Assembly (NCBI GenBank): GCA_964241935.1
Contig: CAXSZN010000013.1
Span: 5,133 to 69,132, forward strand
Reading direction: 5' to 3'
Source: an uncultured Armatimonadales bacterium
GTDB taxonomy: Bacteria; Armatimonadota; Armatimonadia; Armatimonadales; Capsulimonadaceae
DNA length: 64,000 bases
In this document: piece after piece, positions 28,403 through 37,312 of the stretch
Layout of the letters: each line of letters begins with the position of its first letter
Position numbering within the stretch: the first letter of the stretch is position 1
Program-made: the position numbers and the translations under genes
The notes under the pieces: model-generated
Databases searched by the model: none
Told to the model about the DNA's origin: nothing
What the model saw: only the letters and a program-made list of their open reading frames with translations

Positions 28403-29974
28403 TCAAACATGCTCTAAAACGCGCTCCGTTTCCGTGCGCCCCCCCGACCGGGCGATCTGCTTGTTCAGCGCCTGCAAGTACGCTTTCGTAGACGCGACAA
28501 AAATGTCCGTGTTCGCTGCGTGGCCGGTGTAAATCATGCCGCCTTCGGCTTTAATGCGAATAGTCACGTCCGCCATCGCGTCAATGCCTTCAGTGACACT
28601 CTGCATGGTGAACTCGATCAGGTCATTCGGGACTTGGACAATGCGGTTAATTGCCCGGTAGATCGAGTCGACAGGGCCGTTGCCGATATCGGCGTCCATG
28701 AGGATAGCTTTGTTGAGATGACGCAGCTTGACGGTGGCTGTCGGAATGGCGTGGTCGCCGCAGGAAACCTGCACCTGCACCAGCTCATAGGTCTGCGGCA
28801 CGGTTGTCAGCTCATCGCCGACAATCGCGTCCAAATCTTCGTCATACACCACTTTTTTGTTGTCGGCCACCAGCAGAAAGCGCGTGTAAACTTTTTCAAA
28901 CTCGTCTTCCGAGGCAAACGTGTGACCAAGCTCAGTTAAGCGATGCCGAACACCGGCCCGGCCTGAGCGGGCCGACAGAATAATCTTGCTTTCGCTGATG
29001 CCGACCGTCTTCGGGTCAATGATCTCATAAGTGGAGCGCTCTTTCAGAACACCGTCCTGATGAATGCCCGACGAATGCGCGAACGCATTAGCCCCGACAA
29101 TCGCTTTGTTGGGCTGGACTAAGATACCCGTCATGGTCGAGACCATGCGCGAGGTCTTATAGATTTCTTCGGTCTTGATGTTCGTAAACAGCTTGTAAAC
29201 ATCGGCGCGGGTATGAAGCGCCATCACGACTTCTTCCAGCGACGTATTCCCGGCCCGCTCGCCGATGCCGTTGACGGTGCATTCCACCTGCCGTGCCCCG
29301 GCTTTGACGGCGGCAAGCGCGTTTGCCGTCGCCATGCCGAGGTCGTTGTGGCAGTGCGCCGACAGCACGATATTCTCGCTGCCGGGAACATGGTTTAAGA
29401 TGCCCGCAAACAGCGCTCCGTATTCTTCCGGCGACATATAGCCTGTTGTGTCGGGGACATTGATCACGGTTGCGCCGGCTTTAATTACCGCTTCAACAAC
29501 CCGGTACAGATATTCCGGCTCGGCTCGCCCGCTGTCTTCCGTGAAGTATTCAATATCCTGGCAGCCGAGTGAACGGGCGTGCTTGACCGCCGCGACGCCG
29601 ATTGCCAGCGCTTCTTCACCGCTCTTTTTGAGCTTGTACTTTAAATGGCTTTCGCTGACGCCCAGCCCGGTATGAATGCGGGGCCGCGCCGCGCCTTTCA
29701 GCGCATCCCACGCGACATCAATGTCGCGCGGCACCGCGCGGGTCAGCCCGCAGACAGTCACGCGGTCGGAGACGGCGGCGGCGACGCGGCGCACGGCCTC
29801 AAAGTCGCCGGGGCTTGAAATCGGGAACCCGGCTTCAATCACGTCCACGCCGAGGCGCTCTAGCTGCCGGGCGATCTCCACTTTCTCGTCAATGTTCAGC
29901 GACGCCCCCGGCGACTGCTCGCCGTCGCGCAGGGTGGTATCAAAGATTTGGACTTGATTGCTATTGGTGTTCAT
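28403..29974 (-). CDS. leuA: 2-isopropylmalate synthase
   Basis: IFDTTLRDGEQSPGASL.., HCHNDLGMATAN, and a C-terminal LeuA allosteric domain. Confidence 0.9.
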   Translation of the reverse strand: MNTNSNQVQIFDTTLRDGEQSPGASLNIDEKVEIARQLERLGVDVIEAGFPISSPGDFEAVRRVAAAVSDRVTVCGLTRAVPRDIDVAWDALKGAARPRIHTGLGVSESHLKYKLKKSGEEALAIGVAAVKHARSLGCQDIEYFTEDSGRAEPEYLYRVVEAVIKAGATVINVPDTTGYMSPEEYGALFAGILNHVPGSENIVLSAHCHNDLGMATANALAAVKAGARQVECTVNGIGERAGNTSLEEVVMALHTRADVYKLFTNIKTEEIYKTSRMVSTMTGILVQPNKAIVGANAFAHSSGIHQDGVLKERSTYEIIDPKTVGISESKIILSARSGRAGVRHRLTELGHTFASEDEFEKVYTRFLLVADNKKVVYDEDLDAIVGDELTTVPQTYELVQVQVSCGDHAIPTATVKLRHLNKAILMDADIGNGPVDSIYRAINRIVQVPNDLIEFTMQSVTEGIDAMADVTIRIKAEGGMIYTGHAANTDIFVASTKAYLQALNKQIARSGGRTETERVLEHV

Positions 29975-29985
29975 AGTTATTCTCG

Positions 29986-30148
29986 GAACCCACCCCGCTC
30001 GTTCCTCGCTTCCCCTCCCGAAGCGGGAAGGGTAGGAGATAGAATTGAAGGCCCGTTACCCTCTTGGCTCTGAACTCTGGCCCTTCCCGTTTATGCTTCG
30101 CATTACTCCGTATCGGGAGGGGAAGCGAGGAATGAGCGGGGTGGGTTC
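29986..30148. repeat. MITE-like element, family D (~36-bp terminal inverted repeats)
   Basis: GAACCCACCCCGCTCGTTCCTCGCTTCCCCTCCCGA ... TCGGGAGGGGAAGCGAGGAATGAGCGGGGTGGGTTC. Confidence 0.85.
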
Positions 30149-30154
30149 TTTTCA

Positions 30155-30922
30155 TTAAATCGCCGGCATGACGTTGCCGCCGCAGACGGGGACATACGCC
30201 CCGGTAATATAGCTCGACAAGTCGGATGCCAAGAACGCGACGACGTTGGCAATTTCCTGGTCCGTGCCTCGCCGTCCTAATGGCACCGACTTTTCATAGT
30301 CTGGCTGCGCTTCCGACCCCGAGGCCCGGTCATTGTCGCTAATGGTCCAGCCCGGCGCAACTTGATTGACCGTAATGCCGTGCGTCCCGACTTCCTTTGC
30401 CAAGATACGCAGGACGCCGTCCATGCCGCGCTTGCCGGAAACATATGCCGACTGTGTTGGAAAGTTCTGCATGGCGCACTCGGTATTGATACCGATAACG
30501 CGCCCGCCATGTCCCGCCTCAATCATGCCCGGCACAAACGCCTGCGCCATCAGGACATTATGCAGAACGCAGCTCTGGAACTGGCTTTCGTAGGCTTCCG
30601 GCGACTGCTCCAGGACACTCTTCCAGGGCGATGAGATGACCGCGTTGTTGACGATAATATCTGCCGTGCCTAAACTCTGCACGACCGCATCCCGCAGCGC
30701 AAGAACGCTGGCTTTGTCCGAGACATCGGCCTGAACAGTAATTGCTCGCCGCCCTATATTCTCTACTTCAGCTTTCAGCTCCGCCGCTTTGCCTGCGTTC
30801 TGCAAATAGTGAATGGCAACGTCGGCCCCGCATGACGCCAGCGTCCGCACCATGACACGGCCAAGCTGCCCCGTCGCGCCCGTCACCACAGCGATTTTGC
30901 CCGTCAAATCTAATGTCAGCAT
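30155..30922 (-). CDS. SDR family oxidoreductase (FabG-like)
   Basis: VVTGATGQLGRV and YVSGK motifs. It lies inside the ilv-leu block. Confidence 0.8.
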   Translation of the reverse strand: MLTLDLTGKIAVVTGATGQLGRVMVRTLASCGADVAIHYLQNAGKAAELKAEVENIGRRAITVQADVSDKASVLALRDAVVQSLGTADIIVNNAVISSPWKSVLEQSPEAYESQFQSCVLHNVLMAQAFVPGMIEAGHGGRVIGINTECAMQNFPTQSAYVSGKRGMDGVLRILAKEVGTHGITVNQVAPGWTISDNDRASGSEAQPDYEKSVPLGRRGTDQEIANVVAFLASDLSSYITGAYVPVCGGNVMPAI

Positions 30923-30941
30923 TGTGTTACGGCCTTATTAT

Positions 30942-31022
30942 GTAGGGGCGAACCTTGTGTTCGCCCTTCCGCAACAGCGGGCGGATGCCGGAAAGAAGGG
31001 CGAACACAAGGTTCGCCCCTAC
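30942..31022. repeat. palindromic element, family C copy 2
   Basis: GTAGGGGCGAACCTTGTGTTCGCCC ... GGGCGAACACAAGGTTCGCCCCTAC. Confidence 0.85.
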
Positions 31023-31034
31023 CCGGAACAGCCG

Positions 31035-32048
31035 TTAATCGCTTACGGTATCCGGCTTCTTGACCCAGGACATCAGGCCGCGAAGCTGCTTGCCGACGGC
31101 CTCAAGCTGCGACGCGCTATCCAGCGCTGCCAGGGCATTGAACATTGGGCGATTGGCCTTGTTTTCCAAAATCCAGTCGCGGGCGAACTGCCCGGTCTGG
31201 ATTTCTTTGAGAATCTTGACCATCTCGGCTTTCGTGGCATCGTTGACAATGCGCGGGCCGCGCGTCATGTCCCCGTACTGGGCGGTGTCCGAGATCGAGT
31301 AGCGCATTCCTGCAATGCCGGCCTCGTACAGCAAATCCACAATTAGCTTCAGCTCATGCAGGCACTCAAAATAGGCAATCTCCGGCTGATAGCCGGCATT
31401 GACCAGGGTTTCAAAACCGGCCTTGACCAGCGCCGTCGTGCCGCCGCACAGGACCACCTGCTCGCCGAACAAGTCCGTTTCGGTTTCTTCCTTGAACGTC
31501 GTCTCTAGTACCCCCGCCCGGCTGCCGCCGATGCCTTTGGCCCACGCCAGCGCGATATTCTTGGCGTTCCCTGTAGCGTCCTGCGCGACCGCGATCAAGC
31601 ACGGGACACCTTTGCCTTCAGTATACGTCCGGCGGACCAGATGCCCCGGCCCTTTCGGCGCGGTCATAAACACGTCCACGCCGTCTTTGAGCGGAATTTG
31701 CCCAAAGTGGATATTGAAGCCGTGGCCGAACGCCAGCGCGTTGCCGGGTTCTAAATTGGGCGCGATGCTTTCCTTGTAGACATCGCCCTGAAACTCATCG
31801 TTGATAAGCATCATCACCACATCCGCTTCTTTCGCAGCTTCTTCGACCGACTTCACCGTAAGCCCCACTTCCTCCGCCTGCGCCCAGCGCTTCGAGCCGG
31901 GCCGCAGCCCCACGCGCACATCCATCCCGCTGTCCCGCAGGTTCAGCGCATGGGCGTGACCCTGCGAGCCGTACCCAATCACGGCAAGCTTCTTGCCCTC
32001 TAAAAACCCCAAATCGGCATCAGTGTCGTAATAAACCTTCGCGGCCAT
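31035..32048 (-). CDS. ilvC: ketol-acid reductoisomerase
   Basis: [20 protein letters not shown].. and a class I KARI length of 337 aa. Confidence 0.9.
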   Translation of the reverse strand: MAAKVYYDTDADLGFLEGKKLAVIGYGSQGHAHALNLRDSGMDVRVGLRPGSKRWAQAEEVGLTVKSVEEAAKEADVVMMLINDEFQGDVYKESIAPNLEPGNALAFGHGFNIHFGQIPLKDGVDVFMTAPKGPGHLVRRTYTEGKGVPCLIAVAQDATGNAKNIALAWAKGIGGSRAGVLETTFKEETETDLFGEQVVLCGGTTALVKAGFETLVNAGYQPEIAYFECLHELKLIVDLLYEAGIAGMRYSISDTAQYGDMTRGPRIVNDATKAEMVKILKEIQTGQFARDWILENKANRPMFNALAALDSASQLEAVGKQLRGLMSWVKKPDTVSD

Positions 32049-32075
32049 GTGTTTGTGTGTCTCCTCGTGTCGTTA

Positions 32076-32783
32076 TTAATCTAAATCAAGAACTTCCCAA
32101 TCTAGGGAAAAGAGTTGCGCTGTTTCCCGCAACACCTCTTGGCTGCGTGCGCCTATCCAAATCCACCGATAGCCGTCTTCTGAGGCTTCAGTCTCGATTA
32201 GAACATCATTGCCACCGTAGAGACGTGAGATAGAAACAGGCCAGTGCCATTCAGGAAAACCGAGCAGCACGAAATTTTGTTCTACTATTGTCAGTGTATC
32301 GCTGTTCGCCGAAGAATTGTCGCCAAACTTTCCACCAAAGCAAGCAGTTTCTAAAATGACCATTTGCGTGATAAACTCGGAGAGCGTCTGGTTCTCAATT
32401 GTGCCGGTCTCATCAAGATATACAGGCGGGTCATCCAGATTGAGATCACTTACGAGTACGCCCCAGTTCACGACTGCCTGGTTTTCTGTGTAGAAGCATA
32501 AAACCCTTGCGCCGTCTTCCTCTTGGGTGTACAAGCGATCCGGTGAGCGCAGGAAGTTCTGAGCGGCTGTTATATCTTTGCGCTTGCCGGCAAGCTGATA
32601 CCATTCCCGCAAAGCAAGCGGCAGCTTCAGCCCAAGCCGTTTCTCCGCCGCATCGAGTTCCGCCGCTGAGTAGCCGTCGCCTGGCTTTAAGGGACTGTGC
32701 CACTCGGCGATGAAGTCTTGGAGTAGCGACCAGCGATCTTTGCGAGTAGACAGCCGGTCGGCGAACTCGTGCGGGTTGAACAT
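32076..32783 (-). CDS. SMI1/KNR4 (SUKH-1) family protein, immunity-protein-like
   Basis: ELDAAEKRLGLKLPLALREWYQLAGKR is the classic SMI1/KNR4 N-terminal signature. Composition is AT-richer. Confidence 0.7.
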   Translation of the reverse strand: MFNPHEFADRLSTRKDRWSLLQDFIAEWHSPLKPGDGYSAAELDAAEKRLGLKLPLALREWYQLAGKRKDITAAQNFLRSPDRLYTQEEDGARVLCFYTENQAVVNWGVLVSDLNLDDPPVYLDETGTIENQTLSEFITQMVILETACFGGKFGDNSSANSDTLTIVEQNFVLLGFPEWHWPVSISRLYGGNDVLIETEASEDGYRWIWIGARSQEVLRETAQLFSLDWEVLDLD

Positions 32784-32795
32784 GGCGAACGGCTC

Positions 32796-33056
32796 CTAAT
32801 CGCCGGGCAGGTTCGGCACCAGCAGAACCTTTAAATGTTTCTCAGCTTCAATGTCTTCTGCCACTTGTTCCATGAGGTCGCGGTAGTCACGCAGGCGGAT
32901 GTCCGGCGGCTCAGGAGTGACGACTACATACCACCAGTCGCCTTCATGCTGCGCTCCGAGACGGGAAACATTCAAGCGATAGTCTTTTGGCTGATGCCGG
33001 TCAACATATTCCTCAACAATGTTCAATGTCTCGTTCATAGTTTCCGTTTCGCTCAT
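32796..33056 (-). CDS. small acidic hypothetical protein (86 aa)
   Basis: Start chosen at MSETETMNE. It overlaps the HEPN gene 3' end by 44 nt. I recognised no domain. Confidence 0.5.
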   Translation of the reverse strand: MSETETMNETLNIVEEYVDRHQPKDYRLNVSRLGAQHEGDWWYVVVTPEPPDIRLRDYRDLMEQVAEDIEAEKHLKVLLVPNLPGD

Positions 33057-33435
33057 ACAGGCACCCCAGGTAGTTGAAAATCTTTTTCGCCGCAAGGTAT
33101 GAGTCCCGACAGCTTTGTTTGTCAACGCGGATCAGCGAGTAGTCGGCGGCAAGGCGATCTAAATATAACGCCGTAACAAGCGCCGTCAGGTTGTTCAGAC
33201 GACCCGCGCTCATGTGCATAAAGTAGGCACGGTTCAGCCGGGGCAGTTCATTATGTCCGGGTGTGTTGCGGCCATCACGGAAAGCCGGCCTTGCACCGCG
33301 CCGGATTAGCTCATATGTCAGCACTGAGAACGCCGCGTAGTAAAACCGGCTTGTCGCGTTCCGGTCATAGCCGCCGTCGTATAGCGTAACTGCCGCCCGA
33401 AAGTTGTCAGCGCCGATCTCCTGCCACGTTGCCAC
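33013..33435 (-). CDS. HEPN domain protein (Rx4H motif present)
   Basis: AGGAGG, 5 nt, then GTG at 33435. SRFYYAAFSVL, RNTPGH (Rx4H) and DRLAADY match the canonical HEPN (PF05168-type) pattern. Confidence 0.7.
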   Translation of the reverse strand: MATWQEIGADNFRAAVTLYDGGYDRNATSRFYYAAFSVLTYELIRRGARPAFRDGRNTPGHNELPRLNRAYFMHMSAGRLNNLTALVTALYLDRLAADYSLIRVDKQSCRDSYLAAKKIFNYLGCLYERNGNYERDIEHC

Positions 33436-33757
33436 TGTCTCCTCCTTGAACGCCCCCTTGAGGCATCTGCTTCCGGGCCGTGTAAACGCCCGCGCCGATG
33501 CCTGCGGCAATGCCAATCAGCACAAACAAGCCCAAGTTGACCAGCAGGTTCTTGACGGTGTCTAAACCCAGATGGTCTGTGATGGCGTTGTAGACGGTCC
33601 AAAGCGCATAATTGCCGACGCCCGCAGCGATGCCGATTGCCAACCCAAGCGGCAGGCGCTTGGCGGCGTACCCCCAGGCCAGGCCAATCAGCGGAGCGAG
33701 TATCAGAACGCACAGCATGAGCAGGTGCGCTTGGTGCGGGTCAATCAGCTCTTTCAT
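33407..33757 (-). CDS. small integral membrane protein (about 3 TM segments)
   Basis: 116 aa with hydrophobic segments LLMLCVLILAPLIGLAWGY, LAIGIAAGVGNYALW and LGLFVLIGIAAGIGAGVY. The ATG lies 3 nt after the ilvN stop, and the 3' end overlaps the HEPN start. Confidence 0.6.
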   Translation of the reverse strand: MKELIDPHQAHLLMLCVLILAPLIGLAWGYAAKRLPLGLAIGIAAGVGNYALWTVYNAITDHLGLDTVKNLLVNLGLFVLIGIAAGIGAGVYTARKQMPQGGVQGGDSGNVAGDRR

Positions 33758-33760
33758 CGG

Positions 33761-34264
33761 CTAAATCCCGCGAACGCCCCGCGCCATGGCGATCCGCCCG
33801 GTGCGGACCAGCTCCCGGATGCCGTAAGGCTCCAGCAGCTTTTCGAACGCATCTATTTTGTCGTTCGCGCCGGTCAGCTCAATCACAAATGTTTTCTCGG
33901 ACATATCAATCACCCGGCCCCGAAACACTTCGACAAGCTGCAAAAGCGCCGTTCGGTTCTCGACCAAAGCATTGACTTTAATCAACGCCAGCTCGCGGGC
34001 GATAATCGGGATATTAATATAGTCCTGGACTTTAGACACTTCAATCAGCTTATGCAACTGCTTGGTGATCTGCTCCACTTCCCCCTCGTCACCGTTGACC
34101 ACCAAAGTCATGCGCGACAATTCCGGGTTCTCGGTGATCGAAACCGCGAGAGACTCGATATTGTAGCCCCGGCGCGAGAACAGCCCGGACACGCGCGAAA
34201 GCACGCCCGGCTTGTTGTCCACTAAAACTGTGATTGTATGCTGCTGGCCTGAAATCTGCTGCAA
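33761..34264 (-). CDS. ilvN: acetolactate synthase small (regulatory) subunit
   Basis: HTITVLVDNKPGVLSRVSGLFSRRGYNIESL, an ACT domain, 167 aa. Confidence 0.9.
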   Translation of the reverse strand: MQQISGQQHTITVLVDNKPGVLSRVSGLFSRRGYNIESLAVSITENPELSRMTLVVNGDEGEVEQITKQLHKLIEVSKVQDYINIPIIARELALIKVNALVENRTALLQLVEVFRGRVIDMSEKTFVIELTGANDKIDAFEKLLEPYGIRELVRTGRIAMARGVRGI

Positions 34265-34278
34265 AGCGCCTTTGCTCC

Positions 34279-34641
34279 TTAACTGTTGCCTGGAACGGGC
34301 AAACCCAGAATGCTGGCGATGCCTTGCTCCACTTGCGAGAAATCCTTGTCGGTCATTTTGCCAAGCACACGCTCGACATCACGCTGATCTACCATTCCCA
34401 GGTAGCCGCGAACTGCGGAGGGCTTGAGTAATCCGGCAGTCTGCCATTCTCCCAAAGTCGTATCCCCTGGACGAAACGGTGCATTCAAATTGCTGGTGAT
34501 CGCCGCGACGACAATTTTAATGCCTGATCTATTGAATGCTTCCGTGCTGAGAACCACGGCAGGACGCTTCTTGCCGCCGGGTCCATCCGTAAAAGGCATC
34601 TCGACTAAGAGAATATCGCCGCGCTGGTAATACTGCCTCAT
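34279..34641 (-). CDS. mazF: MazF/PemK family type II toxin (endoribonuclease)
   Basis: RGDILLVEMPF..KKRPAVVLS..VVAAITSN is a PemK-like fold signature. It overlaps the upstream antitoxin gene by 4 nt. Confidence 0.75.
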   Translation of the reverse strand: MRQYYQRGDILLVEMPFTDGPGGKKRPAVVLSTEAFNRSGIKIVVAAITSNLNAPFRPGDTTLGEWQTAGLLKPSAVRGYLGMVDQRDVERVLGKMTDKDFSQVEQGIASILGLPVPGNS

Positions 34642-34871
34642 AGGTTATCGTACACCGCGTCAGAATCGTTATCCCAAATTTCCCAAAGTGAGCGGTACGA
34701 AAGAGCCTGCCAATCTGCCAGCAGTGCGTGCTCCACGTCTTCTTCACGCTGCCGAGCGGAGAAAGCTTCCAGCGCGAGCGTTGCAACCAGCTCTCGTTCT
34801 TGCCCGCGCTTCTGCGCTTCTTCTTCCAGCCATGCCTCCGTTTCCGGCGAAATGTCAATCGTCATTGTCAT
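34638..34871 (-). CDS. type II antitoxin partner of MazF
   Basis: 77-aa acidic protein immediately upstream of, and overlapping, mazF. The assignment is positional. Confidence 0.6.
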   Translation of the reverse strand: MTMTIDISPETEAWLEEEAQKRGQERELVATLALEAFSARQREEDVEHALLADWQALSYRSLWEIWDNDSDAVYDNL

Positions 34872-35015
34872 GGTTTACCTCAAAAGTTGCGGTCATAGCT
34901 ACATCAGTTTGTTTATACAGCGCAGTACCTCATCACGGTTCTTGGCAATCTTCATCCACTTCGGCAAGTACCGAGCTAGGCCCGTGTTCGGGTAAGAGCA
35001 TTCATCTCGCAAATC

Positions 35016-35049
35016 CGCTTCAATGTAACGCTTCAATGTAACGCTTCAA
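35016..35049. repeat. 13-bp tandem duplication (cgcttcaatgtaa x2 plus a partial third unit)
   Basis: Units at 35016-35028 and 35029-35041, with a partial unit at 35042-35049. The length is not a multiple of 3. Confidence 0.9.
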
Positions 35050-35391
35050 GTACGCCAAGTGAGGCCGATTGTAGGCCCATAAAGTTTCACCGCAGCAAGG
35101 CATCTGAAACCAGAGTGGCAGGTTGAAATACCAGTCCGTAGGACTACCGTAGGCATATCCATCTGTCTTAAGGTCTTTGATGTGACCACAGTGGCGGCAA
35201 ATCAGACGCGCGTAGCAAATCACGCCATGTAAACGATACGGCCCGGATGCCTCCCGCTGGGAGAAGTTATGGGCAAACTTAGGCTCAATCTTGCGAACGG
35301 TAGCACAACTGCTGCAAACAGGGCAGCGGACGAAGAACACATCGGCAAAGGTGTGGAGATGCTCCCCCATGTTTTGGAACTGGGTCGTCAT
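35020..35391 (-). CDS. zinc-ribbon (CxxC..CxxC) hypothetical protein, apparently truncated by a 13-bp tandem duplication
   Basis: CPVCSSC and CRHCGH pairs. Deleting one 13-nt repeat unit extends the frame 38 codons to a TAG at 34901-34899. Confidence 0.55.
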   Translation of the reverse strand: MTTQFQNMGEHLHTFADVFFVRCPVCSSCATVRKIEPKFAHNFSQREASGPYRLHGVICYARLICRHCGHIKDLKTDGYAYGSPTDWYFNLPLWFQMPCCGETLWAYNRPHLAYLKRYIEALH

Positions 35392-35414
35392 TGTTCCTCC
35401 GATGCGGCCTTACA

Positions 35415-37220
35415 CTACCCCAGCGCTTCCTGGCCGGCGTAGGCGGGGATGCGCTCGGTTTTTTCGTCTTCATGGGCGGGGCGGGTGTCTTCGTCGTCCA
35501 TGTAAACTTCGCTCGCCATGTAGCTGTCGAGCGGGACCATGCCTTCGGGGCGGGAGACGACCATTTGGGAGATGGTGCCGCCGCTTGGGATCATGGGGTA
35601 GACGTTTTCTTCTTTGGCAATGCGGAAGTCAATCACGGTTGGGCGGTCGGTGATGGACATGGCTTCTTCTAAAGTCGCCCGCACGGCGGACGGCTGGGAG
35701 CAGCGGATGCCGTGGGCGCCGTAAGCTTCGGCGAGCTTCAGGAAGTCCGGGGACGCCTCTAAATCCACGCTGGAATAGTGCGAGTCCCAGAACAATTCCT
35801 GCCACTGGCGGACCATGCCGAGGTAAGTGTTGTTTAAGATGCAGATTTTAATCGGCAATTTGTAGATGGTCGCCACCATCAGCTCCTGAATGCACATCTG
35901 GATCGAGCCGTCGCCGGAAACGCAGAAGACCGGCGTGTCCGGCGAGCCGAACTGTGCGCCGATGGACGCCGGCAGGCCGAAGCCCATCGTGCCGAGGCCG
36001 CCGGAAGTCACAAACTGGCGCGGACGCAGGCACTTGTAGAACTGGGCCGCCCACATCTGGTGCTGGCCGACATCGGTCACGACAATGCCGTTGTGGTCGG
36101 CCACTTCCCCGATCTGCTCGATCACATACTGGCCGTGCAGGATACCGTCGGCGGGATAATGCAGCGGAAAGTCAGCCTTCCACTGCTGGACCCGCGCCAC
36201 CCACTCCGGGTGCTTTTTCGCGTCAACCACTTTCAGCAGCTCGGTTAAAACCGCTTTGACATCGCCGACAATTGGCACATCAGCGGGCAGAACTTTGCCG
36301 ATCTCGGCGGGGTCTACGTCAATATGAATAATTTTGGCGCTTGGCACCCACGAGTCCACTTTGCCGGTCACGCGGTCATCAAAGCGGGCGCCGACCGCGA
36401 TCAGCAAATCGCACTCGGAAACGGCGTAGTTGGAGTAGGCCGTACCGTGCATTCCGAGCATTCCCAGTGACAGGGCGTGAGTTTCCGGGAACGCGCCCAG
36501 CCCTTTGAGCGTAGTCGCGACCGGAATATCGGTCATCTCGGCTAAAGCCCGAATCTCTTCGTAAGCGCCCGAATAGATCGCGCCGCCGCCGACGTATAAC
36601 AGAGGCCGCTCGGCTTCGCCCATCAGCTCCGCCGCCCTCTGGATCTGGCGCGAATGGCCTTTCACCGTCGGCTTGAAGCTGGGGATGGAGACTTCTTCGA
36701 CGGGCGTGTAGTCAAACTCAGCCCGCAGAATGTCCTGCGGGATGTCCACCAGCACCGGGCCGGGCCGTCCTGAGCGGGCGATATGGAACGCTTCAGCAAT
36801 AATGCCGGGCAGCTTCTCAACATCTTTGATCAGCCAGTTATGCTTGGTGATCGGCATGGTAATGCCTGTAATGTCGGCTTCCTGGAATGCATCCGTGCCG
36901 ATCAAGTTCGTCTTGACCTGCCCCGTAATGGCGACAATCGGAACCGAGTCCATCATGGCGTCGGCAATCGGCGTCACTAAATTGGTCGCACCCGGCCCGG
37001 AAGTCGCCAGACAGACACCGACTTTGCCGGTCGCCAGCGCGTAGCCTTCGGCCATGTGGCCTGCGCCCTGCTCATGGCGAACTAAGATGTGCCGGATGTC
37101 CGGGAACTGGTACAGCGTGTCATACAGCGGGATGACGGCCCCGCCGGGATAGCCAAAAATCGTATCAACGCCTTCGCGCTTGAGGCATTCTAAGAGTGCG
37201 CGGCTGCCGGTCATTTTCAT
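35415..37220 (-). CDS. ilvB: acetolactate synthase large (catalytic) subunit
   Basis: MKMTGSRALLECLKREGVDTIFGYPGGAV.. and the ThDP motif GGLGTMGFGLPA. Start at 37220 or 37214. Confidence 0.9.
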   Translation of the reverse strand: MKMTGSRALLECLKREGVDTIFGYPGGAVIPLYDTLYQFPDIRHILVRHEQGAGHMAEGYALATGKVGVCLATSGPGATNLVTPIADAMMDSVPIVAITGQVKTNLIGTDAFQEADITGITMPITKHNWLIKDVEKLPGIIAEAFHIARSGRPGPVLVDIPQDILRAEFDYTPVEEVSIPSFKPTVKGHSRQIQRAAELMGEAERPLLYVGGGAIYSGAYEEIRALAEMTDIPVATTLKGLGAFPETHALSLGMLGMHGTAYSNYAVSECDLLIAVGARFDDRVTGKVDSWVPSAKIIHIDVDPAEIGKVLPADVPIVGDVKAVLTELLKVVDAKKHPEWVARVQQWKADFPLHYPADGILHGQYVIEQIGEVADHNGIVVTDVGQHQMWAAQFYKCLRPRQFVTSGGLGTMGFGLPASIGAQFGSPDTPVFCVSGDGSIQMCIQELMVATIYKLPIKICILNNTYLGMVRQWQELFWDSHYSSVDLEASPDFLKLAEAYGAHGIRCSQPSAVRATLEEAMSITDRPTVIDFRIAKEENVYPMIPSGGTISQMVVSRPEGMVPLDSYMASEVYMDDEDTRPAHEDEKTERIPAYAGQEALG

Positions 37221-37254
37221 TGTCAAGTCCTTCCAGTTACTTTTACCTTTAAAT

Positions 37255-37312
37255 TCAAAAAAGCCTCTCGTCACACAGTTGCCCGGAGGCAAGGGACGAG
37301 AGGCTCTTTTTG
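37255..37312 (-). terminator. intrinsic terminator of the T-box leader (attenuator)
   Basis: The minus strand reads AAAAAGAGCCUCUCGUC..(inner UUGCC/GGCAA stem)..GACGAGAGGCUUUUUU, about 40 nt before the ilvB start. Confidence 0.85.

Noticed and set aside
29961-30155. 64-aa ORF between leuA and the SDR gene
   Set aside because: It lies entirely within the family D palindromic element. The open frame is a by-product of the inverted repeat.
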